This document shows, one piece after another, positions 1-10,157 of a DNA stretch of 64,000 bases; positions within the stretch are counted from its first letter, which is position 1, and each line of letters opens with the position of its first letter. A program made the translations under genes and the position numbers. Origin of the DNA: an uncultured Litoreibacter sp. Its GTDB lineage: Bacteria > Pseudomonadota > Alphaproteobacteria > Rhodobacterales > Rhodobacteraceae. The notes below the pieces were generated by a model. The model had not been told where the DNA came from, made no database searches, and saw nothing but the letters and a program-made list of their open reading frames with translations. The stretch is taken from assembly GCA_947504205.1 (NCBI GenBank), contig CANNGL010000005.1:54751-118750 (forward strand). Direction: 5' to 3'.

Positions 1-1
1 G

Positions 2-1690
2 GCCGCTGGCGAAACTGCCGAGCATGAACATGAAGACCCATGGCATCCATGCGAAGATCATCTGTTGTGTCGGATCGGTGGGCGCTGGGTTGAGCTTTTG
101 CTGCAGCCACATCGATATACCAAGGATCAATGGCAATATGCCGATAAAGATCAGCGCGACGATGGAGCCGGGTTCGGGTGCGGCGAACGGCAAGAGCCCC
201 CAAAGATTCAGAATGGAAGTCGGATCTGGTGCGCTGAGGTCCTGAAAAGGCCCAAACCATGGTGCGTGCCGCAACTCGATCGTGACGAAAATCACCTTGT
301 AAAGAGAGAAGAAAATCGGAATTTGCAGCAGGATGGGCAAACAGCCTGCGGCCGGATTGACCTTCTCTTTCTTGTAGAGCGCCATCATTTCAACCTGCAA
401 CTTCTGGCGGTCGTCGCCCGTGCGCTCTTTGATCTTTTCCATCTCTGGCTGAAGCTCTTTCATCTTCGCCATGGAGACGTAGGATTTATAGGCCAGCGGA
501 AACAGGATGGCCTTGATCAGCAAGGTGAGGGTGATGATCGCCCAGCCCATGTTTCCGATGATGCCGTTCAGCCAGTGCAGGACTGCGAAGATCGGCTTTG
601 TCAGGAAGAAGAACCAACCCCAATCGATAGAATCGATGAAGCGGTAGATCGTATTTGCGCTTTCATATTCCCGAATGGCTTCCCATTCCTTGGCCCCTGC
701 AAAGAACTGGGTTGTGACCTCTGTCGTGGCGCCATCGGCCAACTCAACCGTCGCCAGACGCGCAGTCGAGCGATAGATATCCGCGCCGGCATCATATTGC
801 AGCACGGAGGTGAACGGCAGATCGCCCGCAGGTACGAGCGTTGTCATCCAGTAGTGGTCGGTGAAGCCGAGCCAGCCATTGGCCTCGATCTCTGCAACGC
901 TCGAATTCGGTCCCCAACGCGGGTCTGCTTCGAAGTCCCGCAGATCGCCGTAGTCAAGTTCTTCCAGTTCCTCGCCGGTTTGGCGCATGGCACCTTCGTG
1001 AATGATGAAGAAGCCCTTCTGATCGGTGGGCTCCCCATATCTTTCGATGGATGAGAATGGTGCGAGGCGCTGGATTTCGCCGCTTGCGTTGGTGACAGAT
1101 TGCCGGACCGTGAACATGAATTTGTCATCTACGGAGATTTCGCGACTGAACGTCAGGCCAGCTCCGTTGTCCCATGTCAGGGTGACCGGGGAGGTTTCCG
1201 TCAGCGTTGGCGTGCCTTCAACTGTCCAAGGGGTGTTGGAACCGGGTACGTCTTCGAACCCGAGCGATCCGCCAGGCGCCCAACCGAAGACTGCAAGATA
1301 GGCACCGGGTGTGCCGACAGGCGAGAGCAGTGTCACCTGATCGCTGTCAGCGTCGAGGCTTTCTTTGTAGCGGCTTAGCTTGAGGTCATCCAGGCGGCCG
1401 CCCGTCAGAGAGATCGACCCTTCAAAGTTCTCTGTCTCGACAGGTATTCGAACGCTCTGGGAAAGAGTTGCTGCGCGGGTTTCACCGGTGGTGGAAGCAA
1501 TGGCTGGTGTGCCGCTTTGAACAGGCCCATCGGCGGCAGGCACTGCGCCGCCCTCGACAGTCGATTGCGTTACCGCGGTGGCGTTTGGATCGATCACTTG
1601 TTCTTCTGGCGGGAACAGGATGAACCACACCATAATGACCAAAAAACTCAGCGCAGTTGCCAGAATGAGGTTTTTATTCTGATCGTCCAT
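2..1690 (-). CDS. yidC: Membrane protein insertase YidC. The C-terminal end is cut by the window start.
   Basis: Absent from the ORF track because it is open at the window edge. My minus-strand translation from the ATG (complement of 1688-1690) gives MDDQNKNLILATALSFLVIMVWF. Further on it reads NMGWAIITLTLLIKAILFPLAYKSYVSMAKMKELQPEMEKIKERTGDDRQKLQVEMMALYKKEKVNPAAGCLPILLQIPIFFSLYKV, the conserved YidC/Oxa1 core. The frame stays open to position 2. Confidence 0.92.
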   Translation of the reverse strand, partial: MDDQNKNLILATALSFLVIMVWFILFPPEEQVIDPNATAVTQSTVEGGAVPAADGPVQSGTPAIASTTGETRAATLSQSVRIPVETENFEGSISLTGGRLDDLKLSRYKESLDADSDQVTLLSPVGTPGAYLAVFGWAPGGSLGFEDVPGSNTPWTVEGTPTLTETSPVTLTWDNGAGLTFSREISVDDKFMFTVRQSVTNASGEIQRLAPFSSIERYGEPTDQKGFFIIHEGAMRQTGEELEELDYGDLRDFEADPRWGPNSSVAEIEANGWLGFTDHYWMTTLVPAGDLPFTSVLQYDAGADIYRSTARLATVELADGATTEVTTQFFAGAKEWEAIREYESANTIYRFIDSIDWGWFFFLTKPIFAVLHWLNGIIGNMGWAIITLTLLIKAILFPLAYKSYVSMAKMKELQPEMEKIKERTGDDRQKLQVEMMALYKKEKVNPAAGCLPILLQIPIFFSLYKVIFVTIELRHAPWFGPFQDLSAPDPTSILNLWGLLPFAAPEPGSIVALIFIGILPLILGISMWLQQKLNPAPTDPTQQMIFAWMPWVFMFMLGSFASG

Positions 1691-1815
1691 CGCGGCCCGT
1701 TCCCACAGCTTCAGGTTAGGCTGTGGTTCAATAGACTGAGGCCCGAAAGGTCAAGCTGAATCGCGGTATTTTTTGGGCATTTCGAGGGGTCGTGCGCTTG
1801 TGATCTTGTTCAGGT

Positions 1816-3342
1816 TCATCCGGACTTGCGGTGGAACAATATAGGGCTCGCAAGCTTTTCCTGATGCTCTTGCATCCACTCGATCGATTCATCAAGCGGC
1901 ATCGGGCGGGCAATGCCAAAACCCTGCAGGTGCGTACAGCCCAACTGGGACAGAATACTCTGCTCTCCAATTGTCTCAACGCCCTCGGCAAGAGTGTCAA
2001 TTTCGAGCCGCTCTGCCATGCCAACGATAGCTGAGACCATGCGCTGCTGCTCGGGATCCTCGTCGGCCCGCGCGACAAAGGAGCGATCTATCTTGATGCG
2101 GTCGACCTTGAAGCGGCGAACGTTGGACAAGGTGGCATGACCCGTTCCAAAGTCATCAAGATCGATGTTGAACCCCTGATTGCCCAGCTCACGTATATTT
2201 CTGGTGATTACGTCGTCTTCATGATCGGAAATTACCGTTTCCAGCACTTCGACGGTCAAGCGTCTGGGCTCCAGATCGAAACGGTCGACATCCCACTTGA
2301 TCCGCTCCACCAAGCTGGGGTTACGCAGTTCCTGAGTGGCAAAATTAACCGATACAGTGGGCACATCGAGGCCAGCCTTGTCCCACGCGACAAGCGCCCG
2401 CAGCGACTGATCCAAAATGACTTCGCTCAGATCTTCCATCTTGCCAGCCTTTTCCAGCAGCGGGATGAATTCCGAAGGCGGAATTAGCCCGTGATCGGGA
2501 TGATGCCAGCGGGCTAAGGCTTCAAAGCCGGTGATCTGCCCGGTATCGGTCGAAATCTGAGGCTGGAAATAGGGGATGACCTGGCCGCATGTCAGGGCTT
2601 CAAGGACTTCGGCCTCCAGCGCTGTCGGGTTATATTCGGCGCGAGGTGTAAGCGAGGAATAAGCGCGAACGCTGCCATGACCCGCAAGTTTGGCCTCTAC
2701 CAAAGCGCGTTCTGTTGCTTCCATCATCGGCACTGCTGCGCGTTGTGGCGATTGCAGATCGAGGCAAAACCCGACGGAAACTGTGATCTGGAGGGTCGCG
2801 CCATCAAGTGCGAAGGGCTGGTGCAGCCCTTCTTGAAGGCGTTTGATCATTGAAATAAGTGCGTTCAGTTCGGGCGTGCGAACATCAGACAAAACAACGC
2901 CGATCTTTCCAGTCCCCAAGATGAAAACGTTGTCTGACCTGCGCATGAATGACGTAAGCCGGAGAACCAGTTCCCGGTGGATCATCTCGACCGCTTCACT
3001 TCCCCATTCCCGCTGAATGTTCCGCGCATCGTCCAGCTCCAACATCAGGCTGGCCATCCGTTCGGAGGTTTGTGCCGCTTCAAGTTGAGAGGCAATTTCC
3101 GTGACCATCCCACCTTTTCCGGCAGCAGGCGCCTTGCGGCGGGTTTCTCTGGATATGAACGCGTCGCCAAGCATCAAACCCAATGGCAGTACAACCGATG
3201 ACCAGAACATCGCTTCGATATTGTTATAAAACAAGGATATGCCAGCCAAAGCCGGGAGCGCCGCAATCGTGGCCTTGTGAACTGTTTGTTTTTTCCAGAC
3301 CGACGCGAATTTAGACCGACTACCCATTGTGACCCCGCACAC
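1816..3342 (-). CDS. Membrane-anchored signalling protein with a degenerate GGDEF domain and an intact EAL domain. Likely a c-di-GMP phosphodiesterase.
   Basis: 508-aa ORF with N-terminal hydrophobic segments. The EAL signature GFEALARWHHP and DDFGTGHATLSNV are present. At the position where GGDEF is expected the sequence reads ILGTGKIGVVL. An alternative start is Met6. Confidence 0.85.
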   Translation of the reverse strand: MCGVTMGSRSKFASVWKKQTVHKATIAALPALAGISLFYNNIEAMFWSSVVLPLGLMLGDAFISRETRRKAPAAGKGGMVTEIASQLEAAQTSERMASLMLELDDARNIQREWGSEAVEMIHRELVLRLTSFMRRSDNVFILGTGKIGVVLSDVRTPELNALISMIKRLQEGLHQPFALDGATLQITVSVGFCLDLQSPQRAAVPMMEATERALVEAKLAGHGSVRAYSSLTPRAEYNPTALEAEVLEALTCGQVIPYFQPQISTDTGQITGFEALARWHHPDHGLIPPSEFIPLLEKAGKMEDLSEVILDQSLRALVAWDKAGLDVPTVSVNFATQELRNPSLVERIKWDVDRFDLEPRRLTVEVLETVISDHEDDVITRNIRELGNQGFNIDLDDFGTGHATLSNVRRFKVDRIKIDRSFVARADEDPEQQRMVSAIVGMAERLEIDTLAEGVETIGEQSILSQLGCTHLQGFGIARPMPLDESIEWMQEHQEKLASPILFHRKSG

Positions 3343-3435
3343 TCCTACTTGTGTTGGGGATGTGCATAGGCTGAAGCCCTGCGCAGAATATTAATCCAGA
3401 GGATCAAATTGCAGCGGATTTTGCGAAAATCGCAT

Positions 3436-4329
3436 TTAATCCAGCTTGAGGCCTTGGAAATCAAAGAGCTTTGGATCGAGCAGATGGGACGGGCGCGTGT
3501 TCATCAGCGCGCGAAACATCTTTTGTCGACGACCGGGTGATTTTGCCTCCCAGTCATTCAACAAGTTCTTGATGTTTTGCCGTTGCAACCCGTCCTGCGA
3601 GCCGCAGAGATCACAGGGAATGATCGGATAATTCAGATCGCGGGCAAATTTCTCGCAATCGGCTTCGGCAACGTAGGCCAATGGGCGATAGACGAACAAA
3701 TCTCCCTCTTCATTGACCAGTTTCGGCGGCATGGTCGCCAATCGTGATCCGTGAAAGAGGTTCAAAAAGAAGGTTTCAAGAATATCGTCGCGATGGTGGC
3801 CCAAGACAACAGCGGTGCAGCCTTCTTCCCGTGCGATACGATAGAGATTGCCGCGTCGTAATCGTGAGCACAAAGCACAATATGTGCGCCCAGCGGGCAC
3901 TTTATCGACAACGATGGAATAGGTGTCCTGATATTCGATCCGATGGGGCACGCCCATCGCGTCGAGAAACTCCGGCAAAACGGTTGCCGGGAAACCGGGC
4001 TGACCCTGATCAAGGTTGCAGGCCAAAATTTCAACTGGCAGCAACCCACGCCACTGCAACTCGGTCAGGGCAGCCAGCAAAGTATAGCTGTCTTTCCCGC
4101 CGGACAGGCAAACAAGCCATTTGGCGTCACGCTCTACCATGCCAAAATCGTCGATGGCCTGTCGTGTCTCGCGCACAATGCGTTTGCGGAGTTTCTTGAA
4201 CTCCGTTGTTCCGGGCGCGTCCTTGAATAGAGCGTGAATGTCTTTTGGCTGGTCAAGCATGGGCGCGCTTATATGCGGCTTGGTCCCGGGTGGGAAGATG
4301 CCTCGAAGTCGAGGTGTCTCAGTATGCAA
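3436..4329 (-). CDS. ttcA: tRNA 2-thiocytidine(32) synthetase TtcA
   Basis: 297-aa ORF with the PP-loop motif SGGKDS. Cys motifs [10 protein letters not shown] and CDLCGS are present, as is the characteristic [10 protein letters not shown] stretch. Confidence 0.9.
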   Translation of the reverse strand: MHTETPRLRGIFPPGTKPHISAPMLDQPKDIHALFKDAPGTTEFKKLRKRIVRETRQAIDDFGMVERDAKWLVCLSGGKDSYTLLAALTELQWRGLLPVEILACNLDQGQPGFPATVLPEFLDAMGVPHRIEYQDTYSIVVDKVPAGRTYCALCSRLRRGNLYRIAREEGCTAVVLGHHRDDILETFFLNLFHGSRLATMPPKLVNEEGDLFVYRPLAYVAEADCEKFARDLNYPIIPCDLCGSQDGLQRQNIKNLLNDWEAKSPGRRQKMFRALMNTRPSHLLDPKLFDFQGLKLD

Positions 4330-4475
4330 CCGAGCTTTAGGGCGTGTCCGTCGGTGGTGTCTTGATCAGCCTTTGGAGGGCTCACTTTTGAGGTATCAGC
4401 GCGCCGATTTTGGAATTTGGAAGATTTGGGTCATAGTGCGGCTTGTATTTTTTAAAGTATTTTATCGAGGGTGAC

Positions 4476-5408
4476 ATGACACTGTTTTTTTCGCGCCGCG
4501 CACTGGACACCAAAAACAACAGATTCAGTAAGAATATTTCCAAACTCACACGATATGTCTCGATCACTGGGAAGACCCCGGGCGGGAAATGGTCGGCACA
4601 GCTTCTGGACAAAGATGAATGGGTCGCTGCGGTTCGAGCAGAGGCAACTTCCGATGATGTTCTGATCTATATTCACGGGTTCAATACCAAGCAAAAGGAT
4701 ATGCTTGATCGTCATGAGCTCATCGAGACGGGTTTGCGCGATCATGGCTTCAGGGGCTCTGTTGTCGCCTATGATTGGCCAAGCGAGGGGCGTGCAGGAT
4801 TGGGGCCTTACCGGCGCGATCTGCGGAAAGCGGAGAAGGTCGGGCGCTTCTTGGTCGCTGATGGCATTCTGGCGCTTCTGGAGTCGTCTTGGCGGCCGCG
4901 CGTACATCTGATCGGGCACTCCATGGGGGCCTTTATGACGCTTGATGGATTTTCGAAGTTTGGAGATACCAACGGGCCCGGCAGTGGCCCTTGGAAGGTT
5001 GATCAGATCTTATTTGCATCAGGGGACGCGCATCGGCGTGACTTCGAGAAAGGAACGGCTGGGTCTTTGGTCTTGAAGCATCATAGCAAGCGACTGACCA
5101 ATTATTACAGCAATGACGATGCCATTTTGACATTGGCTGTGACCTATCACGGTAAAGCACGGGTCGGGCAGCAAGGGATGCCGGATTTAGTGTTTTCCGA
5201 GCATTTGGATTTGTACTCAACCGAGCAGTATCGACGCCACAAGCCACCATTCAACGACAATGGCGAGGAGGCCCTGTTTTCACACCGCTGGTGGTTTGAG
5301 AATGATGGCTTCTTTCAGGATGCGGCACTGACGCTTCGTGGCGACGACGCCAATTCGATGCCAACGCGGCGCACCACGAATACGGGCGGCTTGGCTTTAT
5401 GGACCTAG
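4476..5408 (+). CDS. Alpha/beta hydrolase, DUF900-like esterase family
   Basis: Carries the nucleophile elbow GHSMG within [10 protein letters not shown], plus IYIHGFNT. The start is ambiguous (ATG 4443 or 4476). The ORF sits on the opposite strand to its neighbours. Its TAG stop overlaps the yidD stop in a shared CTAG at 5405-5408. Confidence 0.6.
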   Translation: MTLFFSRRALDTKNNRFSKNISKLTRYVSITGKTPGGKWSAQLLDKDEWVAAVRAEATSDDVLIYIHGFNTKQKDMLDRHELIETGLRDHGFRGSVVAYDWPSEGRAGLGPYRRDLRKAEKVGRFLVADGILALLESSWRPRVHLIGHSMGAFMTLDGFSKFGDTNGPGSGPWKVDQILFASGDAHRRDFEKGTAGSLVLKHHSKRLTNYYSNDDAILTLAVTYHGKARVGQQGMPDLVFSEHLDLYSTEQYRRHKPPFNDNGEEALFSHRWWFENDGFFQDAALTLRGDDANSMPTRRTTNTGGLALWT

Positions 5409-5626
5409 TCGGGAACGTTGTCGACGCCTGAACCGCCCCAAGGGTGGCACTTGGCTATGCGTTTGGTTGTCAGCAACACTCCTTTGAGCGCGCCATGCTT
5501 TTCTAGAGCTTCCAGCGCGTAGGCAGAACAGGTCGGGTGATAGCGGCAATTGAAGCCCACCCACGGGCTGAAGATCAGCCGGTAGGCCCGGACTGGCAGC
5601 GCGGCGATATGGGCCAAGGGACTCAT
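5405..5626 (-). CDS. yidD: Membrane protein insertion efficiency factor YidD
   Basis: 73-aa [36 protein letters not shown] and CHPWGGSG are typical YidD sequence. Its start overlaps the rnpA stop (ATGA). Confidence 0.9.
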   Translation of the reverse strand: MSPLAHIAALPVRAYRLIFSPWVGFNCRYHPTCSAYALEALEKHGALKGVLLTTKRIAKCHPWGGSGVDNVPD

Positions 5627-6024
5627 GCGTGTATCTTTGCCAAGGCGCGGCGCAGGTCGTTTGTCAGATTGGCAAAGTCACGAGAGACTGTGCTGTCAGG
5701 GCGCCCGATCAGAACGTAATCCCAACCCGGTCGGCCGAGATCGGGTAAAACGGCCCGCGCGACTTCTCGAAGGCGTCTCTTTGCGCGATTGCGGATAACG
5801 GCGTTTCCAATCTTCTTTGAGCACGTGAACCCAACGCGAATGGAGGGGTCTGCGTCGGAGCGCTCAAAGGCTTGCAGCAAGAGACCCGGCTGACCGGATC
5901 GTTTGGCCCGCGCTGCGCGTAGAAAATCAGAGCGTTTGCGCAAGATCTGCAAACACAAAGACGCCGCCGGTAGCTCTCCGCTCACCGGGGTCTCTCCGGG
6001 TGCGGGTGCCACTGGCGGCGTCAT
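5623..6024 (-). CDS. rnpA: Ribonuclease P protein component
   Basis: 133-aa basic protein containing [18 protein letters not shown], the RNR motif region. It lies between rpmH and yidD as in the canonical cluster. Confidence 0.85.
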   Translation of the reverse strand: MTPPVAPAPGETPVSGELPAASLCLQILRKRSDFLRAARAKRSGQPGLLLQAFERSDADPSIRVGFTCSKKIGNAVIRNRAKRRLREVARAVLPDLGRPGWDYVLIGRPDSTVSRDFANLTNDLRRALAKIHA

Positions 6025-6049
6025 TGAAGTTTGCGAAAATCCCGGGCGC

Positions 6050-6187
6050 TTAAGCGCTCAGCGATTTCCGGCCCTTCGCGCGACGCGCGTTGAGAATTTT
6101 GCGGCCCGCTTTGGTTGCCATGCGGGCGCGAAAACCGTGACGGCGCTTGCGCACCAGATTCGACGGCTGAAATGTACGTTTGCTCAT
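6050..6187 (-). CDS. rpmH: 50S ribosomal protein L34
   Basis: Too short for the ORF track. My translation is [45 protein letters not shown] (45 aa), a textbook L34 sequence. Confidence 0.95.
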   Translation of the reverse strand: MSKRTFQPSNLVRKRRHGFRARMATKAGRKILNARRAKGRKSLSA

Positions 6188-6482
6188 GAGCTTGGCTCCA
6201 GACGGTTCAGGGCGGCTAAACGACAGACTCGCCCCGTGTGTTCATTCAAGACCCGCGTATTAGAGCCGCGACCTGTACACGTCAACGGGGTTTCCGACTG
6301 CAACCTGCAACATTTTGACCCAATGAAGCGAGTTTCTCGGCTTTTTGTCGGATCCACGCGCCTGAGACGTTACATAACGGGGCAAAACTGTCACGCCTGA
6401 TCAACCACGCGTGAGGTCGGTATCTTTAAGCGGGTCTTCCGGGCAAACACAGGTCAAATTCGATTTAACCGGATCAGACAGT

Positions 6483-7223
6483 ATGACCGATATGACTCAA
6501 TCCACCGAGGCGGATGTCTCAGTCTGGCGCAAGCGCCTGCCCATCGTAATCATCGCCGCCGCGGCGATGCTGGGCGCAGTATTCCTGAGAGATTATCTGT
6601 CGTTTCAGACTTTGGCCGACAATCGAGAGGCACTGATTGCCTTCCGCGACGAGAATTACGTAAGCGCTGTCTTGGTGTTTATGGCTATCTATGTCGTGAT
6701 CGTGGCCTTCTCTCTGCCGGGCGCGGCGATTGCGACCCTGACGGGCGGCTTTCTCTTTGCGACATTCCCAGGAGCGCTGATCAACATGACCGCAGCCACG
6801 ATTGGGGCAACGGCCATATTTCTGGCCGCGCGAAGCGGTTTCGGAGACAGATTGGCCGAGAAGATGGAAAGTTCAGAGGGGTTGGTAAAGAAAATCAAAG
6901 ACGGGATAGATGAAAATCAATGGTCCGTCCTATTTCTTATCAGGCTGGTGCCTGCGGTTCCATTTTTTGTGGCGAATCTTGTGCCGGCCCTGGTGGATGT
7001 CCCGCTACGCCGCTTTGTGATCTCTACATTCTTCGGCATAATTCCGGGTTCTGTTGTCTACACGTCTGTTGGCGCAGGATTAGGGGAGGTATTTGCGCGT
7101 GACGAAACGCCGGATCTCGGCGTAATTTTTGAACCACACATCCTGTTTCCGATATTGGGCTTGTGCGCCTTGGCTGCGCTGCCGATCATCCTGAAAACTC
7201 TGCGCGGCAAAGAAGGGCTATAA
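6483..7223 (+). CDS. TVP38/TMEM64 (DedA-related) family membrane protein
   Basis: Multi-TM ORF with RLVPAVPFFVANLVPAL, typical of the SNARE-associated/TVP38 family. The start is uncertain: GTG 6411 in the track, ATG 6483 more plausible. Confidence 0.7.
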   Translation: MTDMTQSTEADVSVWRKRLPIVIIAAAAMLGAVFLRDYLSFQTLADNREALIAFRDENYVSAVLVFMAIYVVIVAFSLPGAAIATLTGGFLFATFPGALINMTAATIGATAIFLAARSGFGDRLAEKMESSEGLVKKIKDGIDENQWSVLFLIRLVPAVPFFVANLVPALVDVPLRRFVISTFFGIIPGSVVYTSVGAGLGEVFARDETPDLGVIFEPHILFPILGLCALAALPIILKTLRGKEGL

Positions 7224-7228
7224 ACCTG

Positions 7229-8647
7229 ATGGCAAAACTTAAAACAGATCTGCTTGTGATCGGAGCCGGGTCTGGCGGCTTGTCAGTTGCGGCGGGCGCG
7301 GTGCAGATGGGCGCAAAGGTTGTTCTGCTCGAAGATCACAAGATGGGTGGAGATTGCCTGAACTACGGTTGTGTGCCCTCAAAGGCGTTGATTGCGGCAG
7401 GCAAGCAAGCCTATGCGCTGCAACACGGTGCGAAGTTTGGCGTAGCGGATGTTAAGCCCAAGATCGATTATGCCGCGGCAAAGGATCACGTGGCGTCAGT
7501 TATTGAAACGATTGCACCCGTCGATAGCGAAGAACGTTTTGAAGGCTTGGGTGTCAACGTCATCCGCGAGCGAGGGCGGTTTATTAACTCTAACACCGTC
7601 AAGGCTGGCGATACTGAAATAACAGCCCGCCGGATTGTGGTTGCTACAGGTTCGTCACCGTTTGTGCCACCGATCCCGGGCTTAGATAAGGTTCCCTACC
7701 TGACGAATGAAAGCCTCTGGGATTTGCGCGACTTGCCGAAGCATCTGCTGATTGTCGGAGGAGGGCCAATCGGTATTGAGATGGCGCAAGCTCATCGCAG
7801 GCTTGGCTCAAAAGTAACTGTGATCGAGGGCGACAAGGCGATGGGCAAAGATGATCCTGAACTCGCCGCGATCGTACTTGACCAGATGCGCACCGAAGGT
7901 ATCGCCATTGAAGAAGATGCGATGGCTCAGGAAATCACCGGCAAAGCCGGGGCGGTAACGGTGAAGGCCGAGGACGGACGTGTGTTCAAAGGCTCCCATC
8001 TTCTGATGGCTGTTGGGCGTTCGGCAAATGTCAACGATCTCGGGCTTGAAGAGGCCGGGATAGAGTTCGACAGACGTGGCATCAAAGTTGATGCCTCTTT
8101 GCGAACCAGCAATAAAAAGGTCTACGCCATAGGTGATGTAGCCGGACAGCTTCAATTTACCCATGTTGCGGGGTATCATGCGGGTGTTGTCATTCGCTCG
8201 ATCTTGTTTGGGTTGCCGTCAAAGGCCAAGCAGAACCACATCCCTTGGGCCACCTATACTGATCCTGAATTGGCACAGGTGGGGCTGACAGAAGCTCAGT
8301 CCAAGAAAGAGCACGGCATCTATTCAGAAGTATATCGTTTTCCGTATCATGAGAATGACCGCGCCATTGCAGAGGGCAAAACAACGGGCTTGATCAAGGT
8401 CATGGTCGTCAAAGGCCGCCCGGTCGGGGCTTCGATTGTTGGCGCATCTGCAGGCGATTTGATTGGTTTTTGGGCACTTGCTATTGCCAATAACCTCAAG
8501 ATGAGTGGAATTGCGGGTATGGTCGCGCCTTATCCGACACTCGGAGAGGTTAACAAACGCGCCGCCGGTGCCTATTTCTCGCCAAGGCTTTTTGAAAGCG
8601 ATAAAGTCAAAAAGGTGGTTGGTTTCGTTCAGAGATACCTGCCGTAA
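7229..8647 (+). CDS. FAD-dependent pyridine nucleotide-disulfide oxidoreductase (dihydrolipoamide dehydrogenase / mercuric reductase-like)
   Basis: Dinucleotide fold DLLVIGAGSGGLSVA. Redox-active disulfide GGDCLNYGCVPSK. Second Rossmann fold LLIVGGGPIGIEMA. ATG 7229 (MAKLKTD) is preferred over the track start at 7163, which overlaps the upstream gene. Confidence 0.85.
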   Translation: MAKLKTDLLVIGAGSGGLSVAAGAVQMGAKVVLLEDHKMGGDCLNYGCVPSKALIAAGKQAYALQHGAKFGVADVKPKIDYAAAKDHVASVIETIAPVDSEERFEGLGVNVIRERGRFINSNTVKAGDTEITARRIVVATGSSPFVPPIPGLDKVPYLTNESLWDLRDLPKHLLIVGGGPIGIEMAQAHRRLGSKVTVIEGDKAMGKDDPELAAIVLDQMRTEGIAIEEDAMAQEITGKAGAVTVKAEDGRVFKGSHLLMAVGRSANVNDLGLEEAGIEFDRRGIKVDASLRTSNKKVYAIGDVAGQLQFTHVAGYHAGVVIRSILFGLPSKAKQNHIPWATYTDPELAQVGLTEAQSKKEHGIYSEVYRFPYHENDRAIAEGKTTGLIKVMVVKGRPVGASIVGASAGDLIGFWALAIANNLKMSGIAGMVAPYPTLGEVNKRAAGAYFSPRLFESDKVKKVVGFVQRYLP

Positions 8648-8666
8648 CGATGTAAAGAGAGGCGCC

Positions 8667-10070
8667 TTGATCAATTCTCTGTCCGGTCGATTTTTGATCT
8701 TGTCAGTTATCTTCGTGATGCTGGCCGAGGTCTTGATTTTCGTGCCATCCGTGGCGCGCTTTCGGCAGGACTACCTTTTGGCGCGGGTCGAGAAGGCGCA
8801 GATTGCGTCTCTCTCTGTACTCGCCTCCGAGCAGCAGTCTATCTCGGCCGAGTTGGCGCAGGAATTGTTGGATAACGCCGGTGTTTACAACGTGGTGCTG
8901 CGCCGAAACTCCACCAGCCAGTTGGTGCTGTCTTCGCCCGTTCCGGGACCTGTGACCACATCCGTGGATCTGCGCGACCCTTCGGCCTTCTACCTGATCC
9001 AAGGCGCTTTGATGCAGCTTGTTTCTCCCGGACCGGGAACGATCCGCGTTATCGGATCACCGACGCAGGCGGCAGGCACGATGATTGACGTCGCCATGCC
9101 GCAGGAACCGTTGCGCAACGCGATGATTGATTATGGTCTGCGCATTCTGGTGCTGTCATTGGTGATTTCGGTGATCTCCGCCGCATTTCTGTTTCTCGCG
9201 GTGCGGCGGTTCATGGTCAAACCCATCAAACGTGTGATCCGTTCCATGATGGATTATGCTGATGCACCGGAAGACGCGCGCCGGGTCATCAAACCTCAGG
9301 CGAGCATAACAGAGTTGCGGAATGCCGAGGATGCGCTTGCAGGTTTGCAAACCCAGCTGACGGGCTCCCTCAAGCAAAAGGAACGCTTGGCGCAATTGGG
9401 CGGTGCGGTCGCGAAGATCAGCCACGACCTGCGCAACATTCTGACAACTGCGACTCTGTTGGCTGACAGGATGGAGCAATCAGAGGACCCGGCTGTGAAG
9501 CGAACGACGCCCAAATTGGTGAATTCGCTCAGTCGCGCCGTCAATCTATGTGAAACGACGCTAGCATTTGGTAAGGCGGAAGAGGCTCCCCCGTCTTTAA
9601 ATGTCGTGCGTTTGTCGAACCTTGTCGACGATGTGCTCGACGGGGAACGGCTGGCGGGCGGTGGTTCGGTTGAGCTGGTCGATGAGGTCCCTGTGGGGAT
9701 GACCGTTCGCGCCGATAGCGAGCAACTCTTTCGTGTCCTCTCCAACCTTGTGCGCAATGCCCGTCAAGCGATCGAAGCGACCGGTGAGGCGGGGCGTGTG
9801 ACCGTCGAAGCCGATGAGGATGAGATGGCGTGGTCGATACGTGTTTCAGACACCGGGCCGGGCTTGCCGCCGAAAGCTCAGGAAAATCTGTTCACACCCT
9901 TCGAAGGTGGTGTGCGAAAGGGTGGCACCGGGCTTGGTCTTGTTATTGCCGCTGACCTCGTGCGGGGTCATGGGGGCACACTTTCGCTCCTAAGAACTGA
10001 CGATACGGGTACTGAGTTCTTGCTGAGTTTGCCTAAAGATGCTGCAGAACTTGATCGCGCGGCAGAGTAA
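8667..10070 (+). CDS. Sensor histidine kinase (HisKA + HATPase_c). No cognate response regulator is adjacent.
   Basis: H-box ISHDLRNIL, N-box NLVRNARQA, and G-boxes DTGPGL and GGTGLGL. There are two TM segments. A TTG at 8667 preceded by AAAGAGAGG is the likely start; the track start at 8505 overlaps the upstream gene. Confidence 0.8.
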   Translation: MINSLSGRFLILSVIFVMLAEVLIFVPSVARFRQDYLLARVEKAQIASLSVLASEQQSISAELAQELLDNAGVYNVVLRRNSTSQLVLSSPVPGPVTTSVDLRDPSAFYLIQGALMQLVSPGPGTIRVIGSPTQAAGTMIDVAMPQEPLRNAMIDYGLRILVLSLVISVISAAFLFLAVRRFMVKPIKRVIRSMMDYADAPEDARRVIKPQASITELRNAEDALAGLQTQLTGSLKQKERLAQLGGAVAKISHDLRNILTTATLLADRMEQSEDPAVKRTTPKLVNSLSRAVNLCETTLAFGKAEEAPPSLNVVRLSNLVDDVLDGERLAGGGSVELVDEVPVGMTVRADSEQLFRVLSNLVRNARQAIEATGEAGRVTVEADEDEMAWSIRVSDTGPGLPPKAQENLFTPFEGGVRKGGTGLGLVIAADLVRGHGGTLSLLRTDDTGTEFLLSLPKDAAELDRAAE

Positions 10071-10157
10071 GCCCTTCAATTTATTTCCTAATCTTGGTCA
10101 AAATCACGCCTGATTTCTTTGGCCTTTTCTGGCGGTGTTTAGTTGGGAGGCTGAGAT

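Noticed and set aside
65-1054. 329-aa plus-strand ORF, with other short ORFs, at the window start
   Set aside because: It lies antisense to the clearly recognisable yidC reading frame. Its translation is low-complexity with no motifs, so it is a shadow ORF.
3414-3433. Imperfect hairpin GCGGATTTTGCGAAAATCGC just downstream of ttcA as a terminator
   Set aside because: The stem is only 6 bp with a bulge, and no clear U-tract follows on the minus strand. This is too weak to call.
8505-8666. Upstream extension of the histidine kinase ORF
   Set aside because: It overlaps the 3-prime end of the preceding oxidoreductase gene in another frame. The TTG at 8667 has a strong Shine-Dalgarno sequence and begins the hydrophobic N-terminus.
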